From Podospora anserina (taxonomy: Eukaryota), in assembly GCA_017654855.1 (NCBI GenBank), contig CM030337.1, positions 1,302,001 to 1,366,000 of the forward strand: a stretch of DNA of 64,000 nucleotides. The letters run 5' to 3'. Below are positions 25,511 to 38,874 of this stretch, piece by piece. The stretch's first letter is position 1, and each line of letters opens with the position of its first letter. The translations under genes and the position numbers were made by a program. The notes below the pieces were generated by a model, which worked only from the letters and a program-made list of their open reading frames with translations, ran no database searches and was not told the origin of the DNA.

Positions 25511-27579
25511 CGACTTTGACGATTTTCTTCTCTTTTTTTCTTTTTCCCTTTTTGTACACGAATACTATTTGTCGGGTGTCTCTGAAGTCTAGCGGGTGAT
25601 TTTGCAGGAGATGCCTAGACGGCGTTTTGGGATGGGTTGTTATCAGAAAGTGACACTGAATTTCGGGGATTAGACCATGATGAATTTTTTTTTAACTTTT
25701 CAGACAAACCACTCTGTGCTGTGGGGGTACATTGCGAAGGGAGGGCGTGAGATTTTCTTTCTGCGGTGTCTTTTACTCAACGGGGTCTACTATCGGGGAT
25801 TACTTGGGGGCGAGGGCGGGTACAGGGGCATCAATCACTATCTGGGCAACTTTTTCCTCTCGGGCGGGCGAGATTTTTTTTGTATTACAACATGGGTTAC
25901 CATCAACACATGCCTTTTCTTGTAATATCAGGGCGTCTCTCTTGGATACCATGAGAAGATGGATCGGGTTTTTTTCTCTTTTCTTTTTTCGATTTCTGGT
26001 GGGTTTGGTCTTTGGTTGCCACAGGATTGGCTGGGAGATTGGGGGGATTGGGGAGGTTTATTTAGGGATTAGATATACCTATTAACCATGGGTGGTTTGG
26101 GATATTATGACTTTGAGATTTGAAATACAAAGATATTTATCTCTCAACAATTGGGATGGGTTTGAGCAGAGTTCAATGGTTCAGAAGAGGAATGGCTTCG
26201 TGATATGGGTGGTTTGCCGAGGCTCCCAGGGTCGAGGCTTGGTGATAAGCTTGACAGCCTTGTTGGGAGGGGCGGTACGAGGGGAGAAAGAGAAAGTTTG
26301 GATGCAAGGTCATACCTGGGGAATGTGAATTGGGAGTTAGCTAGTATTGTGGCATCAGCACTAACAACACCAGTGGACCTCATCTTTTGACTTGATAAAT
26401 TTCCCGCAATTGTGAAACCTGAAAACAAAAAACTAAAACTCGAGAGTTGGAAAGTTGAAGGATTGTGGTTGGGGGGATAGGAAAGTGGGGGTTCTTCTGG
26501 GCGATTACTCGATACAAAAGAGCGAGTTCTGGCTGGTGATTCGTTGAATGGTTGTGCTTATCAGCAACCGCCAACGGTTGGGCAAGTGCGGTGGTGGGAC
26601 TTTTTATTTTTATTTTTTTACTGAGTGTGTATGTAACGGGTGGTTTTGAGGTGTGTGTGTGTATTTCACGCAGGACGGTCCCCCTGTCTTACTCCGCTCC
26701 GTACTTTTTCTTTTCTCTCTTGAGGAAAAACAGAGGAGGGGATTGACCGAGTTCACCGAACTTGCTGACCGAACGGTGGTCATTTTTTATTGCTGTTGTT
26801 GCCAGAAGCTATCGCAACTACCGACGCCGTCGCAGGGAACGCGTTAGATCCACCGGCGACCAATTGCAAGGCTGGATATTATCTTTCGGAACCCCACACT
26901 TTTTTGAAGCTTCCGCAGCAGCCCAGGTACCGATTGAGTTGCCAGTTAGCAAGCAACTGATCGGTTTCCCCCCCCGCTGCTGCCCCGGTGTCGCTGTCGT
27001 CGTCGAAACAAAACAATTCAACCAACTTCTTTTTTTGCGATCTCCAATTTCGGGTTCCCTCCCCCTTTCCCACCGAAGTCACCCCGAGGACCTAAGAAAA
27101 TATTGACGATTCAATGGGGCAGATGCACGGTGTAAGGAAGAGGTTAGAATAGAGAGCAAAAGCTGCCAGAGACGGGACGGGCAGGCCGAACAGGGAAACC
27201 TTTCCAACCAACCTTTTTTTTTTTTTGAGAGAGAGAGAGAGCGAAAGTCAATTGTCCCCACCATTATACCGTACGATACCATACCGATTAAACGAACGAA
27301 CGGACGAGCTTCTTCCTGTCGCAGCGCGCGCGCGCGCGATACCTGTCTGTCTACTAGCAACCAGACTCTCCAACTGACTCGGGTTGTTTCCTCTCTGCTT
27401 GTCTCCCCCGCCTTTCTCATCGGAACTTTGTGTCGCATAGTATCGAGCGCGCTCAGTTAGTTGTCTCGGGCCTTTCCCGCGCCCTGACCAGAGACACCAC
27501 CCGAGCGTCCGTCCGCCTTGCCGCCCCGTCCGACCAACCGAACTGGCTCGGCGCGCAAAAAACCACCACACCACCCACC

Positions 27580-30500
27580 ATGCCGGCACCGGCCACCTCG
27601 TCTCATGCACCCCCCTCCCCCGACCTCCAACACCCCTCCAAACGAATGCGCCAGTCTAGTCCCGGCCCTGACAAAGACTCACCTGCCTCGTTATCCCTCT
27701 CCGCGGGCGCGAACTCGCCTTTGGCAACACCGACGCATGAGCACCCCCCTTCTGCTGCTGGTGGGCTGGACGGCTCGGCCAAAGTGGGACAGTCGTCCAG
27801 TTTCAGGAATGTCTCTGCGTGTAATCGGTGTCGGCTGAGGAAGAATAGGTGTGATCAGAAGCTGCCGAGCTGTGCGAGTTGTGAGAAGGCGGGTGTACCT
27901 TGTGTGGGGTATGATCCGATCACGAAGAGGGAGATACCGAGGAGTTATATCTTTTATTTGGAGAAGAGGGTGGAGCAGTTGGAGGGGATATTGAGGGAAA
28001 AGGGGGTTGGGTTTCCGAGGGCCGAGGAGCTGGAGTGGTGTAGCAAGGTTGGGGGGGTCAATGGGGGAGTGAGAGGGGAGGTTGAACAGATGGAAGATGG
28101 GGGGCAGATGTCAGCAAAAGAGGGAGGGGGTAATGGGGAGGATGAGGGCGGGGTTGTGGCGAGGAGGGAGACGGTGAGGAGAGGAGCAGATAAAGGGCAG
28201 GGGAGGCATCTGGGCTCTACCACGGGGATATCGTTTGCGAGGGTTGTTTTTGCGGCGGTGCAGAGCTCCGTGTCGGATCAGAGGTCGAACTCGGATAAGG
28301 GGGGGATAAGACCGTATAGACCGCCGGCAGGGGGGGTGAATAATGGGACGACGACGAGTATGAGGGATTCGTTTTTTGGTTTGCACACCAAGCCTACGAT
28401 ACATCCTGCGACGTTTCCGAGTAAGGAGTTGGGGTTGAAGCTGATAAACCTGTATTTTGAGCATGCGAACCCTCAGATGCCGGTGGTGCATAGGGTGGAT
28501 TTTATGCAGATGTTTGAGCAGGCTTATGCAGAGGGGGCGGAGAGGGTGAGGGGGCCGAGGGAGCTGTATTGTTTGAATATGGTGTTCGCGATCGGGGCGG
28601 GAATTATACTGGCGGAGAGCAAGGGGGATCAGGGGACGAAGCAGTGCCAGCCGGAGGAGTACCATGCGAGTGCGATTGTGCATTTGGAGGCGTGTTTGGG
28701 AAGTGGGGGTGGGTTGGAAGAACTACAGGCTGTGTTGCTGCTGGCGAACTTTGCGCTGCTGAGGCCAGTGCCGCCGGGGTTGTGGTATATTATTGGCGTG
28801 GCGGTGAGGTTGGCGGTGGATTTGGGGCTGCATTATGAAGATGGGAAGGATGTGGATGCTGGACTTGGTGGTGAACAGCAAAGGGAGAATGCGGCGAGTG
28901 AGAGGGGGAGGAGGGAGTATACGAGGGATATGAGGAGAAGATTGTGGTGGTGTACGTATTCGTTTGATCGGCTGGTCAGTGTTTGTGTGGGGAGGCCGTT
29001 TGGGATTTCGGATCAGGTTATCACGACCGAGTTCCCTTCCTTGCTGGACGACAAGTACATCACGCCAAACGGGTTTCTGGAAGCGCCACCGAATGCGCCG
29101 ACCTATAAGCTGGTTGCTCATCACTATTTCAGGCTGAGGTTGCTACAGTCTGAGATCTCGCAGGTACTGCAGTATCAGCAGGCGAGGGTTGCGAGGGATT
29201 TTGGGCAGAATCAGAAGAACCCCCATATGCACACTTCGCTACCGTCGCCGTTCCTGTCGAGGTTTGACTCGTTCAGGTCCTGGAGGATCAATATCGATAA
29301 GAGGTTGTATGAGTGGAAGATGACAGCACCAAAGAAGCAAGATACAGGTGTGGCCTTCTTGACGGACTTTTTGGACCTCAACTACTGGCAGGCTATTATC
29401 ATGTTGTATCGGCAGAGTTTGAGTGTGCCCGAGATGTTCGAGGGCGAGTATCACACTGCCAAGGAAGTGGAAAGCCCATCTGTCCACAGCGTGGAGCTTC
29501 GCGAGGATGAAGATCGTGTGTATCTCAAGGTGGCGGAGGCGGGCCAGAAGATTCTGAGGCTATACAGGCAGCTTCATCTGGCTGGGCTGGTCAACCATAC
29601 ATATCTGACGACGCACCATCTGTTTGTTGCTGGAGTTTCGTATCTTTACGCGATTTGGCACTCGCCCATTGTTAGAAGTCGACTGGTAAGATTCCCCTAA
29701 CCACCACGTTATCACCCCTCGACTAACCCATAAGAACAGTCCATGGACGAAGTAGACTTCACCATCCTCGCCGCCACATCAGTCTTCACCGACCTGATGG
29801 ACAAGTGCCCCCCAGCCGAAGCTTGCCGCGACGCCTTTGACCGCACGGTGAAAGCAACGCTCAAGATGGTAAACGCCCGAGGTGGCTTCGGCCAGAAACA
29901 CCCCCCACCAGCTCCACCAGCAGGAGCTTCTTCGACCACCTCTAGAAACAATGATCATCATAGAATGGACTGGTCATCCAGATCAGACACTGCTTCTCTG
30001 TCGAGCAGTTCTCACCATCAACACCACCACCACAGACAACCCCGCCCTGCACCGCCCCATCGTACCTCGAGTTCGATCGACCAAATATCCGATATTAAGT
30101 CGGAGGCGTATTCCACCACCCCATCACAATTCTCCGCCTTCAAAAATCAATACCGACCCCAACTGAAGACAGAAGGAGACGGCTTCTCCCTCATGCGCAA
30201 CCTACCTGGTCCACCAAGGTCAAACGCCAGTTCTGTGAATGATGGGCCGTTGACGCCAGAAGCAGGTATGCCCTCTCCAGCTGGGGGACTGGCTTCGCCG
30301 GGAGGGGTAGGGGGGTTAGGGTCGCCGGTTATCAGTATGGGACCTCCTCAGCAGCAGCAACAAGGAGGGGGGATGTTTAGTCCGGGACTGTTGTCGTATA
30401 ATGACTTGCGGGGGGTGGAGTTTTTGCAAGGTGGGCTTGGGGGTGTTGGTGGTGGTGCTGGTGGGCAGGAGGGGATGTTGGATACGAATATGGATTTGGG

Positions 30501-30642
30501 GTTTGGGATGGGGTGGGATGGGGGGTTGGGGCAGCATGATTTCAGTGATGGGGCGGGGGGGCTGGATCTGTTTGATGGGTTTTTCTTTGGGGGGCAGCAA
30601 GGATCTGGGGGGGTGGGAGGGGGTGTTGGGGGTGGGTTGTGA
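27580..30642 (+). CDS. uaY: Zn(II)2Cys6 transcription factor, positive regulator of purine utilisation (UaY/Pco-1, Ppr1 family)
   Basis: FRNVSACNRCRLRKNRCDQKLPSCASCEKAGVPCVGYDPITKREIPRSY matches the UaY/Ppr1 DNA-binding domain as I recall it. Fungal_trans region (AVDLGLH, RRRLWWCTYSFDR, GRPFGISD). Intron 29686-29739. Confidence 0.85.
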
Positions 30643-31209
30643 AGAGAATGGTGTAGGGGGTTGTTTTCTTTTGTTGTTGAAGCGGGGAAGAGTGTTTGTT
30701 GACTTGGAAGTTGTAGAAAGAAGGGCACCAAAGGGGTGGTGGTTATGGAGAATTAGCTTCGCTTGTGTTAAGAAGAGCGTGGCATTGCAAAGAGGAGATG
30801 GAAAGTTTTCAGTTGTTATTTATCAAAAAGACTCTTTTGCTGGAAGGGAAATAGGAATGGGGAATTTGGCTCATCGGTCGGTTGGTGGTGGACATGGCAA
30901 GGACGATTTTTAGAATCTCGGGTGGGAAATTTGACGAAATTTCAACTTTGCACAGCAGTTGTACTTTTTACTTGTCTCGTTGCTTTTGTTTTTTCTTTTT
31001 CTTCTTTTTTCACAGTTCATTTCTTTTCAATTGTATTGTAAATAGTTGTAGTGGTGTGGTATATACCCAATTCCCTTTTTTTTCATGCCAAACGAAAAAC
31101 AACAGCCTTGGTATCTAACGCCTTGAACTCCCTCCCTGCCTGCTTTTTGCAAGCTTTTATCCCCTCGATCATAACCCAAATTATTGACTTTTATGCACAC
31201 CCCTTCTCT

Positions 31210-33053
31210 TCACTGGGCATGCTGCCTGATCTGATCATCACTCTCACCCCCCCCATTCGCCCCCCTCACAGCCGGCACCTCACCCTCGGCCTTGTTGTCA
31301 GTGCTAGAGGCAGTCTCCTCATCAGGCATATCATACTCCCCCGCCAACTCCTCCAGCGTCTTCCTCTTGGTCTCGACAATCATAGCCGTAGTCCCCAGAC
31401 CGAGCAGCATGAACAAGGCGTAAATTTCCAAAACGTGATCCATCCAGGGGTTAGGGTTACCAGGCGTGGCGCCCCTTGTCCTCAAAGGAGCAATCGCACT
31501 GCTACCGATAATCGAGCCAATCTTGCCCATCGCGGCACTGATACCATGCGACGTAGACCGGTACCTCGTAGGGAAGCACTCCCCTGGCACGATGAAAGTA
31601 GTCGCGTTGGGACCAAAGTTGAAGAAGAACTGCGCGAGGACAAAGATAGCTAGGAGACCCTTGGGGGAGAGCTTATCGTACGCGAAGCCCATTACGACGA
31701 AGAGGACAGTGAGGATACCGAAACCCATGAACTGAATGGGCTTGCGACCGATGGTGTCAACGGTGAAGACGGTGACCCAGTAACCCGGTACGGCACCGGC
31801 AAGGACAATGATCATGTTTCCTATGGCGGTGTTGTAGAGGATCTCGTAGGTGTTTTTCGCGTTGTTGGTCGAGTACCCGATCACATCCAAAATGGTGGCA
31901 TTGTTGAGACTGACGCCGTAGTAGGCGATGTCGAGGAAGCACCACGACAGAGCCGTACCAGCCAAAAGCATGGCATTCTTGCGCTTGGAGTAGTGACGGA
32001 AGAAGTCAGACCAGGATGCCTTGGGGATTTCGAGCTTCTTTTGGGCGGTTTGCTGGGTGATGGCCTGGGCGACGGTATCTGGCTTGCCCTCGGGCTCACC
32101 CTTGAGATAGGCTTCCGCGTCGGCGGAGGCTTTCTCCACGTCCATTTGCACGTCAAAGGTGTAGCGGGGGGTTTCGGGGATGGTGAGGCGGTAGTAGAGG
32201 GCGATGCAACCGGGCACGGCACCGAAGCCGATGAGGATACGCCACATTTGGTCGACGGCCACGCCGCAGTCGCCGGTGCAGGTTGCGAGGGTGGGGGCTG
32301 GTTCGAGGGATTTCTTGAAGCCGAGGGTGATGAAGAGCATGACGAAGGCGGCGCCGAGCTGGCCGAGACCTTGCATGGCGAAGACGGCACCCATCATGGC
32401 ACCGCGCCATTTGGTGGTGGCGAACTCGGAGGTGATGATGCTGGAGAGGGGGTAGTCACCGCCGATACCGACGCCCTAGGGTGGGAGGTTAGATAAGGGG
32501 CTGGTTAGGGGGGTTGATGTAGGGGAACATACTTGAAGGATACGCCAAAAGATGATGACGCCGACGATGTTCATTGAAGGCGACGACGAGGTCAAGGCTT
32601 GGGCGAGGGTGGCGATGATGATAAGGATCAACTCGAGACCGTACATTTGCTTGCGACCGACGATATCGGCGAGGGTACCGAAGCCAACTTGACCGATGAC
32701 AGTACCGGCCGATGTCGCCATCTTGATAGCCGTGTCGGAAGTGGTGGGCATCTTGCCAACGCCGGGATAGTAGACAATGCCAAGCATCAGGGTGAGGAGG
32801 GAGACGGTAAAGATGTCATATCTAGAGCCAGGTCAGTGTGTTTTCCGAGGTATTATTCAGTAAGTACGTCAACTTACGAATCGGTAAAGAAACCAACACC
32901 AGCAACAAGAATAGCTCTGATATGGTACCAACCGAAGGGAGCTCTGTCTACTTCGGCGAGGGCAAGACGCCTGCGTTCGTTGACATCCTTGATGTGGAGG
33001 AAGTCATTGTTGAAATTGTGGTAGGCATTGTTGCCTCCGGCAGTTTTGGTCAT
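31210..33053 (-). CDS. PHO84: High-affinity phosphate:H+ symporter (Pho84/PHO-5)
   Basis: Motifs GVGFFTDSYDIF, GIGGDYPLS, RGAMMGAVFAMQGLG, FFNFGPNATTFIVPGECFPTRYRSTSHGISAA. Introns 32822-32877 and 32476-32532. Confidence 0.95.
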
Positions 33054-34777
33054 GGTGACTGAGAGTAGGGGGAATGACAACCAAGTCCTTGGTGCTCTGA
33101 GAGGGAGTGGTGCTGACTGGAGAGAACAGAGAGACAGAGGACCAGAAATCAGGACGAGGAGGGGGCAAAGGAAGAACTGGTTATATGCCCTACACGGGTC
33201 CAAGTGGGATGAACTAGCGATGTAGGCCGAATTCCGTAGGGTGCCATCGGATGTAGAATTCGACGGTCTAGTGCTGTACAGATTGTGTACCGCATGCAAG
33301 GAATGCCCCTCGGATGCAGGTATCTATCCTGAGCTGACGAAGCCCCAGTTGTGGAGTTGTGCCCACGCGACCTATATTGCTCAGTGTTATCTGATGATCA
33401 TCTGGATCATTGCGTCCAGCGGTGAAGTGGCCGAGAAACAGGTCAGAGACCAGTCTCGGAACTCCGTTGTCGGTTCATGCTGATCAGCTTCCTGGAGAGT
33501 AGGATGGGCATTCAGTTTTCGTGATTGACTTTGATGAGGTGCTGCATATCATCACTCTTATCGAGCAACGTCGCTTCATACTGGTGTTCCAGCGCCGCAT
33601 TCAGCGACGGGAAAGAAAAGCTTTCCGTGCCTTGGAAAATCCACAGAAAATATCGGGTTCCTCGGTCCTTCGTGGGGGGAAAAGTCGTCAGAGTGTCTCA
33701 AAGAAAAACCGAAGGGCAGCCGGAGAATTCGACGTCGCCATCACGTCGTCCAATCCCGACGCCGCTCATGTGCCGAAAAGGGAAGGCGGCTTGATGACAG
33801 TCTGGGGACCTTCGTGTGGGATCTTGGGAGGCGGCAAGATCCGACAGGGGTCCTCCCCGCGAATGGCATGGGGGAGAGCAACACGTTGTAAAATCCGGGG
33901 CTGTGGTTCGTCGAGAAGGTTTTTACTGGTCGACTCTGGGCGTTCTGGGCATTCGATGGGCGTTCTGGGCGTTCTGGGCAATGTGGAGGTTCGGGTGGAC
34001 CGGTTGAGCTTTCTGCCGAAAACCGTCTTTGTTTTCAATTTCAGACGTAGAATGGATGACGACCTTCATTGTCCTTTGTTCAACCGGTGGCTATTTGCCA
34101 GCAGATGTTGTGTCGTGGGAAGCTGTAATATCGAATGAAATATCAACCACATCAACTCTGATAGCGCAGGGGTGAAGTTGGGAAGGCTGTGGGTGCAGGA
34201 TAGATGAGTGTGGTTGGCTCTTGTCGTATGCCCTTCGGGGAGAACAAAAGCCAGCAGATGACAAAGTTCCATTCTGACGTCTACCGTGAGGTTTGCTCTC
34301 AATATAGACTTATTGAATTATCAGGTAGATTCCCACTGCTTCCTCATGCTTTTCTCCGTCTTCTAGCACCCAATATTCGGACATTACAGACAAATCTCAT
34401 GATAGCATCGAGGGATGTCAGATATTGGGACAGCTTCATGTCGTTGATCTGCCCTAACAAGCTTTACTTGGCCCTCGCTTGGCTGTTGCTTGATCTGCTT
34501 GGCCATTGCTTGAACTCCTTGGCTGAGTTCTGCCGCCGTGGCGGTCGCACAGAGGTCTTGGAAGCTCTTGGGATGTCTGGGTTGACATGTCTTGGAAAGC
34601 TTGGCCATCAGAATGAGGAAAACAGTCGCGTGCTCACATACCTCATCAGTGGTAGTAATGGGTAAAGTACCCGCGAGTGGTGACGTCGTGTGGTATTAGA
34701 TTCCAGCTGGTCATAAGGGGGCGTTGGCCGATGTTGTAAGCTTTTTTTTTTTTTGGCATTCTGGGTGCGGGCTTCTT

Positions 34778-36035
34778 TTAGATCTCAACTATCCTGTTGT
34801 CGTCATCGTCCTCCTCCTCTATCGCCTTTTCAGCGCCATGCTCAGCCTCGTCGGCCATAATGACGTTTACCAGCCGCTCACAAGCCTCGCGTACACCGTC
34901 GTCCTCGACCCGGAGATGGGTTTCGCGGATGACAGGATACACCTTCACATTTCTCATGAGATCTCTCCCTTCTCTTGTCGTGGTGAGGAGTGTTAGTGTC
35001 TCGATATGTGTCTGGATATTGTTGTTGTCCGTGTCTCTTTGCTTGTCGGGTGGCAAGAGCTGCAGATCGGGCAGCATATCCAACATCTCATCCTCGTCGT
35101 ACTGCTCATTTCCAATGATGGGAAGAAGCAGATACGGCAGAATGTTGATCTGATCCTCATCCAAAAATTTAGGATGTGATGGCACGTCGAAGGCAACATT
35201 TTTGATGATGTTGGCTACACCCTTCCTCCTGATATCGGACTTGTGCTCGGTGAAAACCTTGATCTTGTTCAGGGGAAGGACACTGTCATACTCCTGTTCG
35301 GACAGGAAAAATCGGCGAATCTCTTCGTGTTTCGATAGATCAGCCAATGCATATGCGAGGTAGTCGTAATCAGCGTGCTTGTTGTAAGACCCGTCGGCGC
35401 CCTTAACAAAGAGATCCATCAGTTGGTTGAGGACAAGCTCATCCGAGTGGAGGCTCTCAGGAGCAGGTTGTTTGCGGCTGATGATGTCCTTCAGTCCATC
35501 CCACTTTGTCATGTTGGCAAGCAACATAGCCAACAAATTTGCATTGGGCTCCTTTGGATCCTGAAGACGGAGTATGGTGATTAGCTATGATTCTGAGAAA
35601 AAAGCATTCCATATGTAATACTCACGACCAGCAGGCCTAATGCAATTCCGAGGAACTTCTCATCTGATGCGACAAACTCCACAACACTAGCATCTGCTGT
35701 CAAGTTGATGAGAATGGTGAGGGCATGTTCGGCAATTTTCTACGTCATGGGTGAGCAAAACTGCCGTGGTTTGGATGCGTAAGTTAAGGGTCTTACAGGA
35801 TGGTCTCGTATCAGAAACTTGAGGTGCTTGACGGGAGTGAGGTTCTCCCTCTTGAAAATGGAAGGATCTGAAACCGAATATGGCACCAGGTTCTCAATGG
35901 CTACCAACCGAATCTGCGGGTTCGGGTGGGCAATGAACCCTACGAGCTGGCAGACAAGATTTCATGTCAGTCATGTTTGAACGAGAAGCGGACATTAGAA
36001 GGAGTATGGATTACCTCTTCAAGTTCTGTGGGCAT
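34778..36035 (-). CDS. HGH1: Hgh1/FAM203 (eEF2 chaperone), 4 exons
   Basis: Spliced product MPTELEE|LVGFIAHPNPQIRLVA...; YDYLAY..ADLS, IRRKGVANIIKNVAFD, NILPYLLLPI, LQLLPPDKQRD, VYPVIRETH. Confidence 0.9.
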
Positions 36036-36231
36036 TTTGATGGAGGGAGTCGGGGAAAAACACTAGCTAGTTACGAGACTCTAAGACCAAGCTTTCTTTT
36101 CAATAGCTCCAAACTATCATCGAGAGCTCTCACAGCGCAAAGCAGCTCTCGCTCATACTTGGAAATCTTGACGAGGGGCATCGCGGGGAATTATTATCGA
36201 TAAGCTCCCGATTAGAAAATTGTGGATGCCA

Positions 36232-36361
36232 AGGGGCAGCTGATAAGATAGTAGCCAGCGATAAGCGCAAATGTGGGGTAACTCCGGCCAACCAGGGGCA
36301 GCTGATAAGATAGTAGCCAGCGATAAGCGCAAATGTGGGGTAACTCCGGCCAACCAGGGGC
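36232..36361. promoter_or_regulatory. Perfect 62-bp tandem duplication with GATAAG motifs in the bidirectional HGH1/ENP1 promoter
   Basis: The unit AGGGGCAGCTGATAAGATAGTAGCCAGCGATAAGCGCAAATGTGGGGTAACTCCGGCCAACC occurs at 36232 and 36294, followed by AGGGGC. The repeat is certain; the regulatory role is inferred. Confidence 0.75.
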
Positions 36362-36574
36362 GAGGCGCAATCAGTTCACTTCACTACAGAGTACCCCACA
36401 ATAAACTTTTTTTGGGGAGTACCAAAAACCCAGGCGTTCACTGAAAAACCTCGGGTTGAATCCCAGTCGATAAACACCAAAGTGCCGTTCTCCTTGAGAG
36501 GCACACCAACTGCACCGACACCGACATTATTGAACACATACCTCTTGTCGCAATTCAGCATCGAGACTTCCACC

Positions 36575-38253
36575 ATGCCGAAAGCACCCTCCTCTCTCCC
36601 CGGCAAGAAACGCCATAACCCTCTGGCCGACGATTTGGTCGCCACCGGAGTCCTCAAGAACAAGCCCTCAAAGCGAAATACCAAGGCCGAGCCCGAGGAA
36701 GGAGAGAGATATGTCGACTCTCGCGCAAGCAAGAATATTCTGGCGATGAGCCGGGAGCTACTCCAGGAAGATGAGCAGCAAAGCGAAGAAGATAAAGGCG
36801 GAGAACGAGGAGCCTTCGGTTGGAACCCGTCAAACTTCGACAGTCGCGAGCAGGATGAAGAACTTTACGGCGAAGACGAAACCTGGGGGGACGAAGAGGA
36901 GGAAGTAGAGGAGATTGAAGTAGAGGCTGGTGACCTGGAGGTGTTCCATAAGTTCATCAAGCCCTCTATGGAGGACGATCCGCTCCTTACGCATGGCTGG
37001 GATATGAAGGGTGATGGTGGTCAGGAGCAACAACAGGGTGGTGGACAAGATCTGGCCGAAATGATCCTGGCCAAGATCGCTGAACATGAAGCTCAGCAAC
37101 AAGGCGGGTGGCACGACGACAACCCGGCCGACGAGGAACACGTTTTGCCACCAAAGGTCATCGAAGTCTTTGAAAAGATTGGAATGTTTCTTTCTCGGTA
37201 CCGTAGTGGTACGTGTGCCCCCCCTTCCCTGTACATTTTTTTCCGTTTTTTTTAATTTTTTTAAAAAAAAAAGAAAAGAAAGTTGAAAGCTAACCAACAA
37301 CCCCAGGCCCTCTCCCGAAGCCGCTAAAGGTGCTCCCTCAGATCCCCGGCTGGGAAATCATACTCCAGGTCACCCAACCCCACAACTGGACTCATCATGC
37401 CGTTTTTGCTGTCACCAGAATCTTCGTGGCAGCCAAGCCAAAGGTTGTCCAGCGGTTCATGGAGATGGTTGTTCTTGACCATGTCCGTGAGGACATCTCC
37501 GAGAACAAGAGGTTAAATGTACATCTATTTAACGCTTTGAAGAAAGGTCTATACAAGCCGGCTGGTTTCTTCAAGGGATTCCTTCGGCCATTAGTTGCCT
37601 CAGGGGTTACTCTTGTCGAAGCTCGCGTCGTAAGTGGTGTTCTCACACGCGTGTCGATCCCCGTGATACATTCGGCCATGGCCCTCAAAGAGTTGTGCGA
37701 TTTTGCGGCGGAGATGGTTTCATCAAAGAACGAGTCTGTTAGTGCCGTTAACTACCTGATCAAGGTTCTTCTCGATAAACGGTAAACCACCCATATTGTC
37801 TGTCTATCTGTACAACCTCTAACCAGCATACAGATACGCTCTGCCCTGGCAATGTATTGATAGGTAAGGTACCAAACTTCCCTTTTATATATACAGAGAA
37901 TACTGATGTTATCAAATTGTAGCCTAGTCTTCCACTTCCACAGGTATGCTGGACTAGCACGCGATGCCAATACCCACTCGGATCTCCCTGTGATCTATTG
38001 GCAATGCCTCTTGGTCTTCTCACAACGTTACCGAAACGATAGTAAGAATCCCTGATTGGCATCTTTAATGGACGTGAATCTCACAGTCTCAGTTTCCGAA
38101 GATCAGAGGGAGCTGCTCCTCGACTTATTACTCAACGGTCACCATCAAATAGCCCCCGAGATACGCCGGGAGCTTTTAGCGGGCCGTGGCAGGGGTGTTC
38201 CCATTGAACAGCCAACTGTTGCTTTTGATGGCGATGATACCATGATGATGTAG
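36575..38253 (+). CDS. ENP1: Bystin / Enp1, 40S biogenesis factor (5 exons)
   Basis: Motifs RHNPL, LPPKVIEVF...LSRYRSG|PLPKPLK, ATRIF-like AVTRIFV, ALKKGLYKPAGFFKGFL, LLDKR|YALP, QRELLLDLL..H..IAPEIRREL. Includes a 30-nt exon at 37834-37863. Confidence 0.93.
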
Positions 38254-38874
38254 GGTATCGTATCTTGGGATATCATTTTCTCCCTTTGGGAAAGGGCGTG
38301 GAGTTAGTGGAGTTTAAGGCGTCTCAACATATATTCTGAGGGGCATTTTGTCTGGCTATAGCATCTCATTCAGCTGAAAGATGTGGTTAAACTGTGAGGC
38401 TTGATTGACTAGCCGGAGAGTACTTGAAGCGGGTCGCATCATGGCTGAATATGTGCTCTGTGACCTCCTAACACCCCTGAATACCCCTGAATACCCTTGA
38501 ATACCCTAAGATCCAGGTACCAATACATCGCTGTCAAAGGTCATGGCCCTATTGCTCAGCACACTTTTCTTTGAGAGTTATTTTGAAGGATTTGTTGTGT
38601 TGAAATGATTACGTGATGTTCCTGCCTGGGTTCAGGCACACACGTAGTGAGAAGGCACATCCAAGTCTGTGGGGACACGACACAGGTGGCCAGTTGGCTT
38701 TTGAAATGTTCAAGATTTTCTAAACCTGCCCGAACCATAGATCACCTAAAATCTCCCCTCCTACGTCTTTTCTTCTCATTTATATTCGTTATACTTCTGG
38801 ATAGATTGGCTTGAACTAGAACCTGCACCACGCAGCTGACGAGACAAGGATGGCCCCGACGAACTTGGGATGAA

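Noticed and set aside
33882-33887. CACGTT as a Pho4/NUC-1 site upstream of PHO84
   Set aside because: A single 6-mer with no CACGTG cluster seen; indistinguishable from chance.
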